NCBI GenBank assembly: GCA_037443035.1
Contig: JBBIPC010000010.1
Coordinates: forward strand, 1-64,000
Direction of reading: 5' to 3'
Origin: Chthonomonadales bacterium
GTDB taxonomy: Bacteria; Armatimonadota; Chthonomonadetes; Chthonomonadales; CAJBBX01
Length of the DNA stretch: 64,000 bases
Under the pieces are notes generated by a model. The model had not been told where the DNA came from, ran no database searches, and worked only from the letters and a program-made list of their open reading frames with translations. Positions 1 through 8,565 of this stretch are shown in pieces. Every line of letters starts with the position of its first letter. Position 1 is the first letter of the stretch. The translations under genes were made by a program, and so were the position numbers.

Positions 1-53
1 CCCCGGGGTTTCGATACGTCCCGATGGCTATCGGGACTACTCAACCGCCGGGG
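1..53. repeat. REP-like palindromic extragenic element (GGTTTCGATACG...CTACTCAACC type)
   Basis: Inner stem GTCCCGAT/ATCGGGAC (18-37), flanked by GGTTTCGATAC and TACTCAACC, with outer CCCCGG/CCGGGG; lies downstream of a convergently ending gene. Confidence 0.55.
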
Positions 54-137
54 CGGCGTGGTCACCGTGTGCGTCGGGGACCACGTCGCAAGGAGCGACG
101 GCTACACGCTGCGCGTGGTACTCCCGGGAACGGGATG

Positions 138-1727
138 CTATCGCGGCTGACGCGACCGGAGTGCCCTGCCCGGCTTTGCTCCCGTAACTTCACCATCTCG
201 CACAACGGGCTGGCCATTGACAAGGACGTGCTTGACGCCCACTGGGTACTGATGGGGGTTGTCGAACGTGGCCCGATCCTCGACACCCTGTGGATCGAAC
301 ACGACAATATCAGCCCAGGCGCCCTCGCGTAGCGTGCCACGGTCACGCAGGCGAAACACGTTGGCCGGCAGAGATGTCATCTTCCGGACTGCTTCCTCCA
401 ATCGCAGAACACCCAACTCTCGCACGTAGCGCGCCAGCACACGCACATGGTTCCCATAGCCACGAGGGTGGGGCACATCCTTGCCGAACTCACGAACACC
501 AGAGTCCGACCCGATCATGGTGTTAGGATGCTTCAGGAAAACCTGCAGGTCCGCTTCGCTGATGCCATGGAAGATGCCCGCCGTGTTGCTCTCCGCTTGG
601 AGCTCCAGAATCAGGTCCAGTTGTGCGTCGAGTCTATCTGAGCCACGCCGCAGAAGGGCAGCCTCAGGCACCGTCTTGCCGTTCAGCCTCGGGTCCGATG
701 GGCAGGCGGCGATGGTGACCCAGCCATAGCCTGTCTGACCTCGACGTGCCAGGGCTTCGCGCATCTCTGCGACCATACGTTCTCGCTCGCTCCTGTTGGC
801 AAGTCGTTGTCGGTACTTCTCAGTGCCTCCCTCGCGGGCCCATGCCGGCACGAGCTGTGCAATACCTGTACTGGACGCCGTGTAGACATACTGGTCCTGA
901 GTGATATCGAGACCGCGACGGCGGGCCGCCTCGATGAACTCCAGTACCTCCGACGCGCGACCCCAGTTGTTCTGGCCACTGAGCTTGATATGGGATACCT
1001 CGCAGCGTATACCGGCTTCCTTTGCGATGCGGAAAACTTCCTGTAGCGCTTCGAGGATGGCGTTGCCCTCGCTGCGCATGTGGCTTGTGTAGATCCCGTC
1101 GAAGCGCGCAGCGACTCTAGCCAGCTCGACGAGCTCCTCAGTTGTTGCGAAAGAGCCAGGCTGATAGATGAGTCCCGTGGAGAGGCCCAGAGCTCCTGCC
1201 TGCATCGCCCGTTCCACGAGGCGCCGCATGCGATCCATCTCGACCGGAGTGGGTGGGCGGTTGAAAGAGCCTCCCATGGCCTTCTCGCGCACCGTGGTGT
1301 GCCCGATGAGAGAAGCCACGTTTGGCGCCATCCCCTGCTTCTCCAGCGTCCGGAAGAACGCACGAATGTCCAGCTCGGAACTACCGCAGTTGCCCACGAT
1401 GATCGTCGTGACGCCTTGTCGTATGAAGTTCTCCGCCAGAGGTCTTCTTGTGACCTCCTCGCCATGGGTATGGACATCTATGAAGCCAGGCGATACAACG
1501 TGATCGGAGGCGTCCAGCTCCAACTTTCCTGGAGCGACGTGCCGACCAATGGCCACCACCTTGCCACGGCGAACCGCAACGTCGGCGTAGTAAGCGGGGC
1601 TTCCCGTGCCGTCCACCACGCGGCCACCCCGTAGGACGACGTCATATGCGGGGGTGCCGGGAGTGGCTGCGAGAGCGACGAATGCGAGCATGATGCAAGT
1701 TGACACCTTCCTATGTTGAGTTGTCAT
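138..1727 (-). CDS. N-acyl-D-amino-acid deacylase family amidohydrolase, probably exported
   Basis: YDVVLRGGRVVDGTG, PGFIDVHTH, GNCG, SHMRSEG, HPRGYG and GAWADIVVFDP motifs; short hydrophobic N-terminus; start uncertain. Confidence 0.9.
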   Translation of the reverse strand: MTTQHRKVSTCIMLAFVALAATPGTPAYDVVLRGGRVVDGTGSPAYYADVAVRRGKVVAIGRHVAPGKLELDASDHVVSPGFIDVHTHGEEVTRRPLAENFIRQGVTTIIVGNCGSSELDIRAFFRTLEKQGMAPNVASLIGHTTVREKAMGGSFNRPPTPVEMDRMRRLVERAMQAGALGLSTGLIYQPGSFATTEELVELARVAARFDGIYTSHMRSEGNAILEALQEVFRIAKEAGIRCEVSHIKLSGQNNWGRASEVLEFIEAARRRGLDITQDQYVYTASSTGIAQLVPAWAREGGTEKYRQRLANRSERERMVAEMREALARRGQTGYGWVTIAACPSDPRLNGKTVPEAALLRRGSDRLDAQLDLILELQAESNTAGIFHGISEADLQVFLKHPNTMIGSDSGVREFGKDVPHPRGYGNHVRVLARYVRELGVLRLEEAVRKMTSLPANVFRLRDRGTLREGAWADIVVFDPQGVEDRATFDNPHQYPVGVKHVLVNGQPVVRDGEVTGAKPGRALRSRQPR

Positions 1728-3117
1728 CCGACGTGGAACGCTCCATCCAAGGGGTCTGGACGTCCCACTCGTGTATCCTCGAAGTGAGTTCCGCCTCGGT
1801 GTCGTGCAACTCTGGCACACCGGCTAGGTTCGTCAGCTGCTGGGGATCCGTGTGGAGGTCGTAGAGCATGGTGGACGCATCCGCGAGAAGCCTCGTGCCT
1901 TCGCGGTAGGGCACAAAGCAGAGGTGGCGTGGGGTGCGGATTGCGACACCATGACCCATCTCGGCGATGGCGTAATCCTGCATCGCCCGGAGCGGGTTTC
2001 CGTGCACCGAGGCTGACAGGTCGCGGCCCTGGATGGTGTTCGGCACAGGGAGACCTACCAGACTGAGGATCGTCGGCGCCACGTCCACCAGGGATGCCAC
2101 GATCTCGTTCCGGACCTCACCTCTCGGGCCGCCCGGCAGCCGAATGATGAAGGGAATACGCAGGGATTCCTCGTTGGGCGTACCCTTCTGCACCAAGCCG
2201 TGACTGCCCAGGTTATCGCCGTGATCCGAAGCGAACACGACGATGGTGTTCTGCGCCAGGCCATGGCGGTCCAGCGCGTCCAGCATGCGGCCGAGCGCTT
2301 CATCGGCCCAGGTGGTCAGCCCGTAGTACTCAGCGATGAGCCACCGAAGGTCGTAACCGTCTGGAAGTTCCTCTGTGTAGGGCAAGTGGAAGCTGTAGTA
2401 GCGAAAGTCGTAGCGATAGACGCGGAACCAGTAATCCTGCCCGGCCAGCGTGCGCGTAAGGTCCACGTTGCCTCGTATGGGTACTTCGTCGGGAGGGTAC
2501 ATGGCCAGAATGCGTTCCGGCGCATCTGCCAGAGGGCAATGGGGTGGCGAGATGTTGTAGTAGAGGAAGAATGGCTCGTCGGTGGACGCCATCCCCTCTA
2601 GGTACTGTTCGACACGGTCCGCTTCGTAATCCACGCTGAAACCCGCCGGCACGAACTCAGGGCCACCATTCTCGGTGAAACATTGGCCCGTGTGGCAATG
2701 ATGCACACGTGGGATACAGTAGCGCTCGAAGCCCACGTCCTGGGGCCACGAATGTATGTGCCACTTGCCAATGGCAGTCGTCCGGTAACCGGCCTGCTGC
2801 AAGATCTCGGCAAGAGTGGGCGCGGGGAGATGCGGACGACCTTGCTCTGGATATTCGGGCATGGCCACGTCACCGGGCTTGGTGGGATACGCGACGTTGG
2901 ACACGCCACCCGTGCACGTGCGGTTGTACTGGCCTGAAAGAAGGACGGATCGCGCCGCCATACATACCGGGTAGTTCGTCACCGCATATTCGAAACGAAT
3001 GCCTTCTGCTGCGAGCCCGTCCATGTGGGGCGTATGGATCACGGGATTCCCGTAGCACCCGACCTCGAAAGCTCGGAGCTGGTCGCAGAGACATACGACA
3101 ATGTTAGGGCGTCGCAC
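1711..3117 (-). CDS. Formylglycine-dependent sulfatase
   Basis: RPNIV..CDQLR, C-M-A-A-R active-site motif, IGKWH, PPH, SDHG and QKG motifs. Confidence 0.9.
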   Translation of the reverse strand: MRRPNIVVCLCDQLRAFEVGCYGNPVIHTPHMDGLAAEGIRFEYAVTNYPVCMAARSVLLSGQYNRTCTGGVSNVAYPTKPGDVAMPEYPEQGRPHLPAPTLAEILQQAGYRTTAIGKWHIHSWPQDVGFERYCIPRVHHCHTGQCFTENGGPEFVPAGFSVDYEADRVEQYLEGMASTDEPFFLYYNISPPHCPLADAPERILAMYPPDEVPIRGNVDLTRTLAGQDYWFRVYRYDFRYYSFHLPYTEELPDGYDLRWLIAEYYGLTTWADEALGRMLDALDRHGLAQNTIVVFASDHGDNLGSHGLVQKGTPNEESLRIPFIIRLPGGPRGEVRNEIVASLVDVAPTILSLVGLPVPNTIQGRDLSASVHGNPLRAMQDYAIAEMGHGVAIRTPRHLCFVPYREGTRLLADASTMLYDLHTDPQQLTNLAGVPELHDTEAELTSRIHEWDVQTPWMERSTSDDNST

Positions 3118-3176
3118 TAGTCTTTCCCTATCCGCAGTCTACCGAAGGCGTCGAGCGCCACACCTCTGCGCGGACC

Positions 3177-4400
3177 TTACGTGTGGTACTCGGCATTGAT
3201 ACGGACGTAGTCGTAACTGAAATCGCATGTCCACACTGTCGCTGATGCACTACCTGACCCGAGATCTACGACGATCCGGACCTCCTCTTCCGTCAAGTAC
3301 TCGTGTGCAGCGTCTCGATCGAACGGACGTGAGGTGCCCTCTGCGTAGACTTCGATGGTACCAATGCAGACCCGCGCCCTGTCCGGATCGAACTGCACTC
3401 CCGAGCGACCTGCCGCTGCCAGGATGCGGCCCCAGTTCGGATCGCAACCGAAGAGCGCAGTCTTGACTAGAGGCGACTCCGCGATGGTCCTAGCCACGCG
3501 CTCAGCATCAGCTTCGGACGCGGAGCCCTGTACTGCTACTTCCACGAGCTTCGTCGCTCCCTCACCGTCACGGGCGATCTCCCGTGCCAGGTAGGTGCAC
3601 ACCCGGGTCAGCGCTTCCGCGAAATCCTCGAAAGCAGGTCCAGCTTCGGATATGTCCACAGGGCCGCTGCCCCCTGCGAGAAGTAGCACCATGTCATTTG
3701 TGCTCGTGTCGCCGTCCACAGTCACGCGATTGAAGCTGCGTGCCACTGCGCGTTGAAGGGCCGATTGGAGAAGAGGCCCGGGGAGCATGGCGTCGGTCGT
3801 AAGGAAGCACAGCATGGTAGCCATGTTGGGAGCGATCATGCCGGACCCCTTGCAGACTCCGCCAACGGCCACCTCTCCACGCCAGTTATCCGAGCGGCAT
3901 GTAGCAGCGATCATTTTCCGTCTGAGGTCCGTTGTCATGATCGCCTGGGCTACCTGAAGGTCGGCGCCATGGTTGCGGTCCAGAGCCTCCACAGCGGCCG
4001 GAATGCCCTGCTCCAGTCTGGCCATGGGCAGGGGGTGCCCGATGACGCCTGTCGAGGCGATGAGCACATGTCTTGGGTCTACGCCAAGCAGGCGCCCCGT
4101 GATTTCAGCCATGGTCAGGGTATCGCGGTCTCCCTGGTCACCATTGCAGGCGTTGGCATTGCCGGCGTTACATAGGATCGCTCGCGCTACGCCGCCCTGT
4201 ACAACGCGGCGCGAGTAGCGGACGCATGACGCCTGGACTAGATTGGTGGTGAAGACGCCTGCCACAGGCGCATCCCCATCGCATACGATGAGAGCGAGGT
4301 CCGGTCCTTCCGTCTTGAGGCCACACCGCACCCCAGAGGCAACGAATCCCTCCGGAAAGGTGACTCCGGCATCGTGCTGTTGTCTCCAATGGATGATCAT
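3177..4400 (-). CDS. argJ: Bifunctional ornithine acetyltransferase / N-acetylglutamate synthase
   Basis: AGNANA, STGVIG, IMTTD, KGSGMIAPNMATML, DGDTSTND, DPNWGR and INAEYHT. Confidence 0.97.
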   Translation of the reverse strand: MIIHWRQQHDAGVTFPEGFVASGVRCGLKTEGPDLALIVCDGDAPVAGVFTTNLVQASCVRYSRRVVQGGVARAILCNAGNANACNGDQGDRDTLTMAEITGRLLGVDPRHVLIASTGVIGHPLPMARLEQGIPAAVEALDRNHGADLQVAQAIMTTDLRRKMIAATCRSDNWRGEVAVGGVCKGSGMIAPNMATMLCFLTTDAMLPGPLLQSALQRAVARSFNRVTVDGDTSTNDMVLLLAGGSGPVDISEAGPAFEDFAEALTRVCTYLAREIARDGEGATKLVEVAVQGSASEADAERVARTIAESPLVKTALFGCDPNWGRILAAAGRSGVQFDPDRARVCIGTIEVYAEGTSRPFDRDAAHEYLTEEEVRIVVDLGSGSASATVWTCDFSYDYVRINAEYHT

Positions 4401-4436
4401 GCGTGTTCTCCGTACCGCGATGGACGGGGTAGGGAC

Positions 4437-5483
4437 CTACGGCCAGAGACCTGGTCCCGTGAGTCCAGCGGTCTCCTCCAAGTCGCAGAGGATGTTCATA
4501 TTCTGGATCGCCTGGCCGGCCATGCCTTTCCCGAGGTTGTCCAGGCACGCCACGACCGTTACTCTATGCACGCGCCGATCCACGTCGAGGCCGATGTGGA
4601 GCATGTTGCTTCCGAGGGTGTGCTTGGTGGCAGGCAGGCTGCGGCTGACGTGGACGAATGGCTCGCCGCCGTAGCGCTGCGTGTAAGTGCTGCGAAGCTC
4701 GTCAGCGTCAATAGGCTTACGCAACGTCGCATAGCAGGTCGCGAGAATGCCCCTCGTCATGGGCACGAGGTGAGGAGTGAAACTGATCGAAATGCTCCGC
4801 CCCGCCAGGGCCGATAGCTCCTGCTCTATCTCGGGTGTATGGCGATGGGTGCCCGCGATCTTGTAAGCCGACACGCTCTCGTTGATCTCGGAAAAATGGG
4901 TACCTGGCCCGAACCGGCTGCGGCCGGCACCCGACACACCGGACTTGGCATCCACGATGAACGAACCGAGATCCACAAGATCGGGGCCAGCTTTCACCAA
5001 CGGCGTCAGGGCCAGGATGGCGGCAGTCGTGTAGCAGCCAGGATTGCCGACAATGCGCGCAGAGCGTATGGCATCGCGATGGAGTTCGGGCAGGCCGTAG
5101 ACAGCTTCTGCAGCGAGATCCGGCGACGCGTGGGGACCGGCATACCAGCGATCGTAGATGCTCGTGTCCCGGAACCGAAAATCGGCGCTGAGGTCTATGA
5201 GCTTGCAGCCAGCCTCCAGTATTGCCCTGGCTTCCTTCATGGCAACCCCATTATCCCGTGCCATGAACACGACATCGCAACGTTGCAGATCATCGAGCGT
5301 CGCCTCGGCGGCGAACCGCAGCGAAAGTCGTCCGGCCAGGCCAGGAAAGCTCTCCTCGACGGGCTTGCCCGCGTAAGTGGCCGAAGTGGCCAACACGATT
5401 TCTGCGTATGGGTGATTCGCGAGCAAACGGAGTAGTTCTCCGCCTCCGTAACCCGACGCCCCCAGAATCCCCACGCGCACCAT
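4437..5483 (-). CDS. argC: N-acetyl-gamma-glutamyl-phosphate reductase
   Basis: GASGYGG, DLSADFR, NPGCY, SGVSGAG, HRHTPEI and DNLGKGMAGQA; GAGGAGG RBS before ATG 5483. Confidence 0.97.
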   Translation of the reverse strand: MVRVGILGASGYGGGELLRLLANHPYAEIVLATSATYAGKPVEESFPGLAGRLSLRFAAEATLDDLQRCDVVFMARDNGVAMKEARAILEAGCKLIDLSADFRFRDTSIYDRWYAGPHASPDLAAEAVYGLPELHRDAIRSARIVGNPGCYTTAAILALTPLVKAGPDLVDLGSFIVDAKSGVSGAGRSRFGPGTHFSEINESVSAYKIAGTHRHTPEIEQELSALAGRSISISFTPHLVPMTRGILATCYATLRKPIDADELRSTYTQRYGGEPFVHVSRSLPATKHTLGSNMLHIGLDVDRRVHRVTVVACLDNLGKGMAGQAIQNMNILCDLEETAGLTGPGLWP

Positions 5484-5566
5484 GGCTATGCTTCCTCCTC
5501 TTGCATTCCTGCCCGAAGACAAGACGCCGCAGGAACAGCCCCGCGGCGCCGTCGCTTGCTCAGGTC

Positions 5567-5572
5567 ATTATA
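5567..5572 (-). promoter_or_regulatory. Putative sigma70 -10 element for argC-argJ
   Basis: Perfect TATAAT on the minus strand about 85 nt upstream of argC in a GC-rich background; no consensus -35. Confidence 0.5.
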
Positions 5573-5671
5573 TCCTGTGGCCAGCAGGAGCAGGACGAGC
5601 GATCTGGGAGGTAGAGTCATAGACAGGTCGAGATTGCACCGTATAAGGGAACCAGACGATGGAGGAACGCG

Positions 5672-6532
5672 ATGTCCAGAAGCATGACACGCAAGGAGGT
5701 TCTGACGATTGGGGCGACTGCGGCAGTTGCAGTGGCCATGCAGGACGCCAAGGCACAGCAGCAGGCTCCAGCGCTCAAGGGCAGGATCAAGCAGTCGGTG
5801 TCGCGGTGGTGCTACGGTAGCATCTCGCTCGATGACCTCTGCAAGGCGGCCAAGGAGATTGGCCTGGTTGGCATAGATCTCCTCGGGGAAGGTGAGTGGG
5901 AGACAGTGCGGCGGCACGGACTCATCTGCACGATGGCGACAGGCATTGGCAGCATTCCTGACGGATGGAACCGTGTGGAGAATCACGACGGCCTGGTCAA
6001 AGTAGCCGAAGATCTGATCCCCAAGGTCGCTCGGGCAGGCTGGCCGAACGTCATCACATTCTCTGGCAACCGTCGTGGGCTGTCAGACGAAGCAGGCCTC
6101 GACAACTGCGTGAAAGGGCTGAAGCGTATAGCAGCCCTCGCTGAGCAGCACGGCGTGACCGTATGCATGGAGCTTCTCAATAGCAAGCGGTCGCACAAGG
6201 ACTATCAGGCGGATCACACTGCGTGGGGCGTGGAGGTCTGCAAGCGAGTCGGGTCGGAACGCATCAAGCTTCTCTATGATGTCTTCCATATGCAGATCAT
6301 GGAGGGCGACCTCTGCGACACCATTCGGGAGAATATCGCCTATATCGGACATGTGCACACGGGAGGCGTGCCTGGCCGGGCCGAGATTGACGAGACGCAG
6401 GAGATCAACTACCCGCGCATCTGCCGGGCCCTCCTGGACGCGGGATACAAGGGCTACGTCGCCCACGAGTTCGTACCCCGGAAAGACCCGCTGACATCAC
6501 TCCGCCAGGCTGTGCGCATCTGCGACGTCTAG
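5672..6532 (+). CDS. Hydroxypyruvate isomerase (Hyi) family TIM-barrel protein with Tat-like leader
   Basis: KGRIKQSVSRWC, MELLNS, LLYDVFHMQIMEGD, GHVHTGGVPGR and HEF. Confidence 0.88.
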   Translation: MSRSMTRKEVLTIGATAAVAVAMQDAKAQQQAPALKGRIKQSVSRWCYGSISLDDLCKAAKEIGLVGIDLLGEGEWETVRRHGLICTMATGIGSIPDGWNRVENHDGLVKVAEDLIPKVARAGWPNVITFSGNRRGLSDEAGLDNCVKGLKRIAALAEQHGVTVCMELLNSKRSHKDYQADHTAWGVEVCKRVGSERIKLLYDVFHMQIMEGDLCDTIRENIAYIGHVHTGGVPGRAEIDETQEINYPRICRALLDAGYKGYVAHEFVPRKDPLTSLRQAVRICDV

Positions 6533-6571
6533 TTTCCATCAAGTGACCCGACGACACAAGGAGAACCACTC

Positions 6572-7030
6572 ATGAAGGACGCGCACCGCACTTTCTCGGC
6601 CGATTGTTTCAACGCCTGCTGGGATCTGATGGACCGGCATGACCGGTCGGACGTCGACACTGAGGTCATGAGGTGGCTCGCGTACGCCTCGTTGTGGCAT
6701 TGGACCCAGAGGGACGACTGCACCGATCAGAACCTGGCGATCGGCTACTGGCAAGTCTCCCGCGTCGAAGCCCTGGCAGGCAACACCGAACTGGCGCATC
6801 GGTACGGCAAGCTCAGCCTCGAATGTGCTGAGACCGGCGGGCTGGACCCTTTCTATGCCGGCTATGCCCGCGAGGCCATAGCTCGCGCCTGCGTCCTGTC
6901 GGGTGACACAGCGGCGGCTACTGAGACCCTGGACGCCGCAAGGGCGGACCTTGACCGCGTGGCGGATGCTGAATCGGCAGCGATGCTGAAGTCCGACCTC
7001 GACGAGGTGAGCAGGCTCCTCGGCGGGTAG
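6572..7030 (+). CDS. Hypothetical all-helical protein
   Basis: AAGGAG RBS, GC3-biased 152-aa ORF with FNxCWDL / HASxxHW-like motifs. Confidence 0.7.
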   Translation: MKDAHRTFSADCFNACWDLMDRHDRSDVDTEVMRWLAYASLWHWTQRDDCTDQNLAIGYWQVSRVEALAGNTELAHRYGKLSLECAETGGLDPFYAGYAREAIARACVLSGDTAAATETLDAARADLDRVADAESAAMLKSDLDEVSRLLGG

Positions 7031-7050
7031 CCAGATCGTCGCGACGGCGC

Positions 7051-8463
7051 CTACGGCGGAGATGAGAGCTTGCGGCCGTTGCGGAAGGCTACGATAGGTC
7101 GCGCGAACTCACCCTCCATCTTCGTCGGCAGCATCCATACGGTGTCACATGCGCGGTTGGTGAAGTAGAGTCGCGACGGCGACTCCCGATAGGCGTGCCC
7201 GTCGGCCCACAGTGCGTAGAATGCCGGATGAGCGTTGAGGGGTCGTCGCGCGTAGCTGTGGTTGTACTCGCTAGCGGAAGTCTGGTCGCACTGTTTCGTC
7301 CATGTTCGGCCTTCGTCACGGCTGATCCATGCCGCCATCTCACCTCCCGTGCCATGTTCCTGTGGACCTGCCTCAGTGGGGCCGATGATGCGCCACGTGC
7401 GGCCCTCGACATAGAGCGACCCCATGTCGTAGTTGTGGGTCGAGGTCGTGACGTCCGAAAACCGCCAACCTGCACCGGTCCACGCGGCCACAGTCCACGT
7501 GCGCGGATCGTTCTGTGGGCCGGGCTCGTGCCCGCGACTGACGACGTACAGGATGATGGGGTTGCCGCGCATGTCGAAGTTGACGTCGTTGATGTAGACG
7601 AGGCGTCCCTCCTGCGAGTAGGCCCGAACGCGCGCCGGATTGTCCGGCTCGCTGAGTGGCGTCCGGACGGGCGTGCCGTCGAGTGTCCGCCACGTTTCGC
7701 CGAAATCGTCCGTCCTGAGCACATACAGGTCCGTGCGCCGATCGACGTCGCCGCCAGGATGGCGCATGAAGGCCGTCACGATAGTGCCGCCCCGCATGCA
7801 AGAGACCTGATAATGTCCTCCAATGCCCGCCAGCTTGCGATCGTCGGACCATGTTCGCCCGTCGCCGCTCGTCTGCCAGTAGAGCTCACGGCCATTGGTG
7901 TATTTGGTGAAAAGAAGAAAGAAACCACGCCCAGCGCAATGCCAAGGCTGCGGGTAGGTCATCTCCTCCGTCGAGACCAGATCGAACTGCTCGATACTGT
8001 AGGGTCTGGCGCTTCGATACTTGAGACCCGGCCTCGACCGCCCGCGGCCGCTCACGAACACCCAGAGGTACCCTTCATCGTCGAGGGCGAGAGCGGCATT
8101 GTCATGGGGATCGTTGACGCCTTGCTTGTCGCAAACAATCGCCGGTCTGGGCACCACTCCGCGGCGATGGTCGTAGTACGACGCCATGATCAACAGGTGC
8201 CTGGCGTCCTTCCTCGTTCCGCCGTAGACGAAGAAGGTCTTGCGTGCCTTCGGTGAGTACACTGCAATCGGCACGTGGTTCGCCGTGTAGGTGGCTAGTC
8301 CACCCGAGTACTTGTCGCCGTACTCGCCCTTGTACTGGCCGAGTGTGAACCATATGCCCCGGTAGCCGTCATCACGCACGGAGAGCTCCACTTGCCGTCC
8401 CCGCGCACCACCGCCCCAGAACAGAGCTGCCGAAGCTACAAACAACGCAGCCCATTTGCGCAT
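7051..8463 (-). CDS. Secreted BNR-4 repeat (Asp-box beta-propeller) protein
   Basis: Signal peptide MRKWAALFVASAALFW; Asp-boxes SGDGRTW, TDDFGETW and SRDEGRTW; DPHDNA motif. Confidence 0.85.
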   Translation of the reverse strand: MRKWAALFVASAALFWGGGARGRQVELSVRDDGYRGIWFTLGQYKGEYGDKYSGGLATYTANHVPIAVYSPKARKTFFVYGGTRKDARHLLIMASYYDHRRGVVPRPAIVCDKQGVNDPHDNAALALDDEGYLWVFVSGRGRSRPGLKYRSARPYSIEQFDLVSTEEMTYPQPWHCAGRGFFLLFTKYTNGRELYWQTSGDGRTWSDDRKLAGIGGHYQVSCMRGGTIVTAFMRHPGGDVDRRTDLYVLRTDDFGETWRTLDGTPVRTPLSEPDNPARVRAYSQEGRLVYINDVNFDMRGNPIILYVVSRGHEPGPQNDPRTWTVAAWTGAGWRFSDVTTSTHNYDMGSLYVEGRTWRIIGPTEAGPQEHGTGGEMAAWISRDEGRTWTKQCDQTSASEYNHSYARRPLNAHPAFYALWADGHAYRESPSRLYFTNRACDTVWMLPTKMEGEFARPIVAFRNGRKLSSPP

Positions 8464-8520
8464 GCGCTCCTCCTCTTCCAACGGAGCTTGCCGTCTCGCC
8501 CACTTCGCCCACCATGAAGA

Positions 8521-8556
8521 ACGGGGCCGGACCGGGCGCGCCCTGCCCGACCCCGT
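8521..8556 (-). terminator. GC-rich hairpin after the VIT gene, possible terminator
   Basis: ACGGGG...CCCCGT imperfect inverted repeat 10 nt past the stop; weak U-tract. Confidence 0.45.
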
Positions 8557-8565
8557 CCCACTCAG

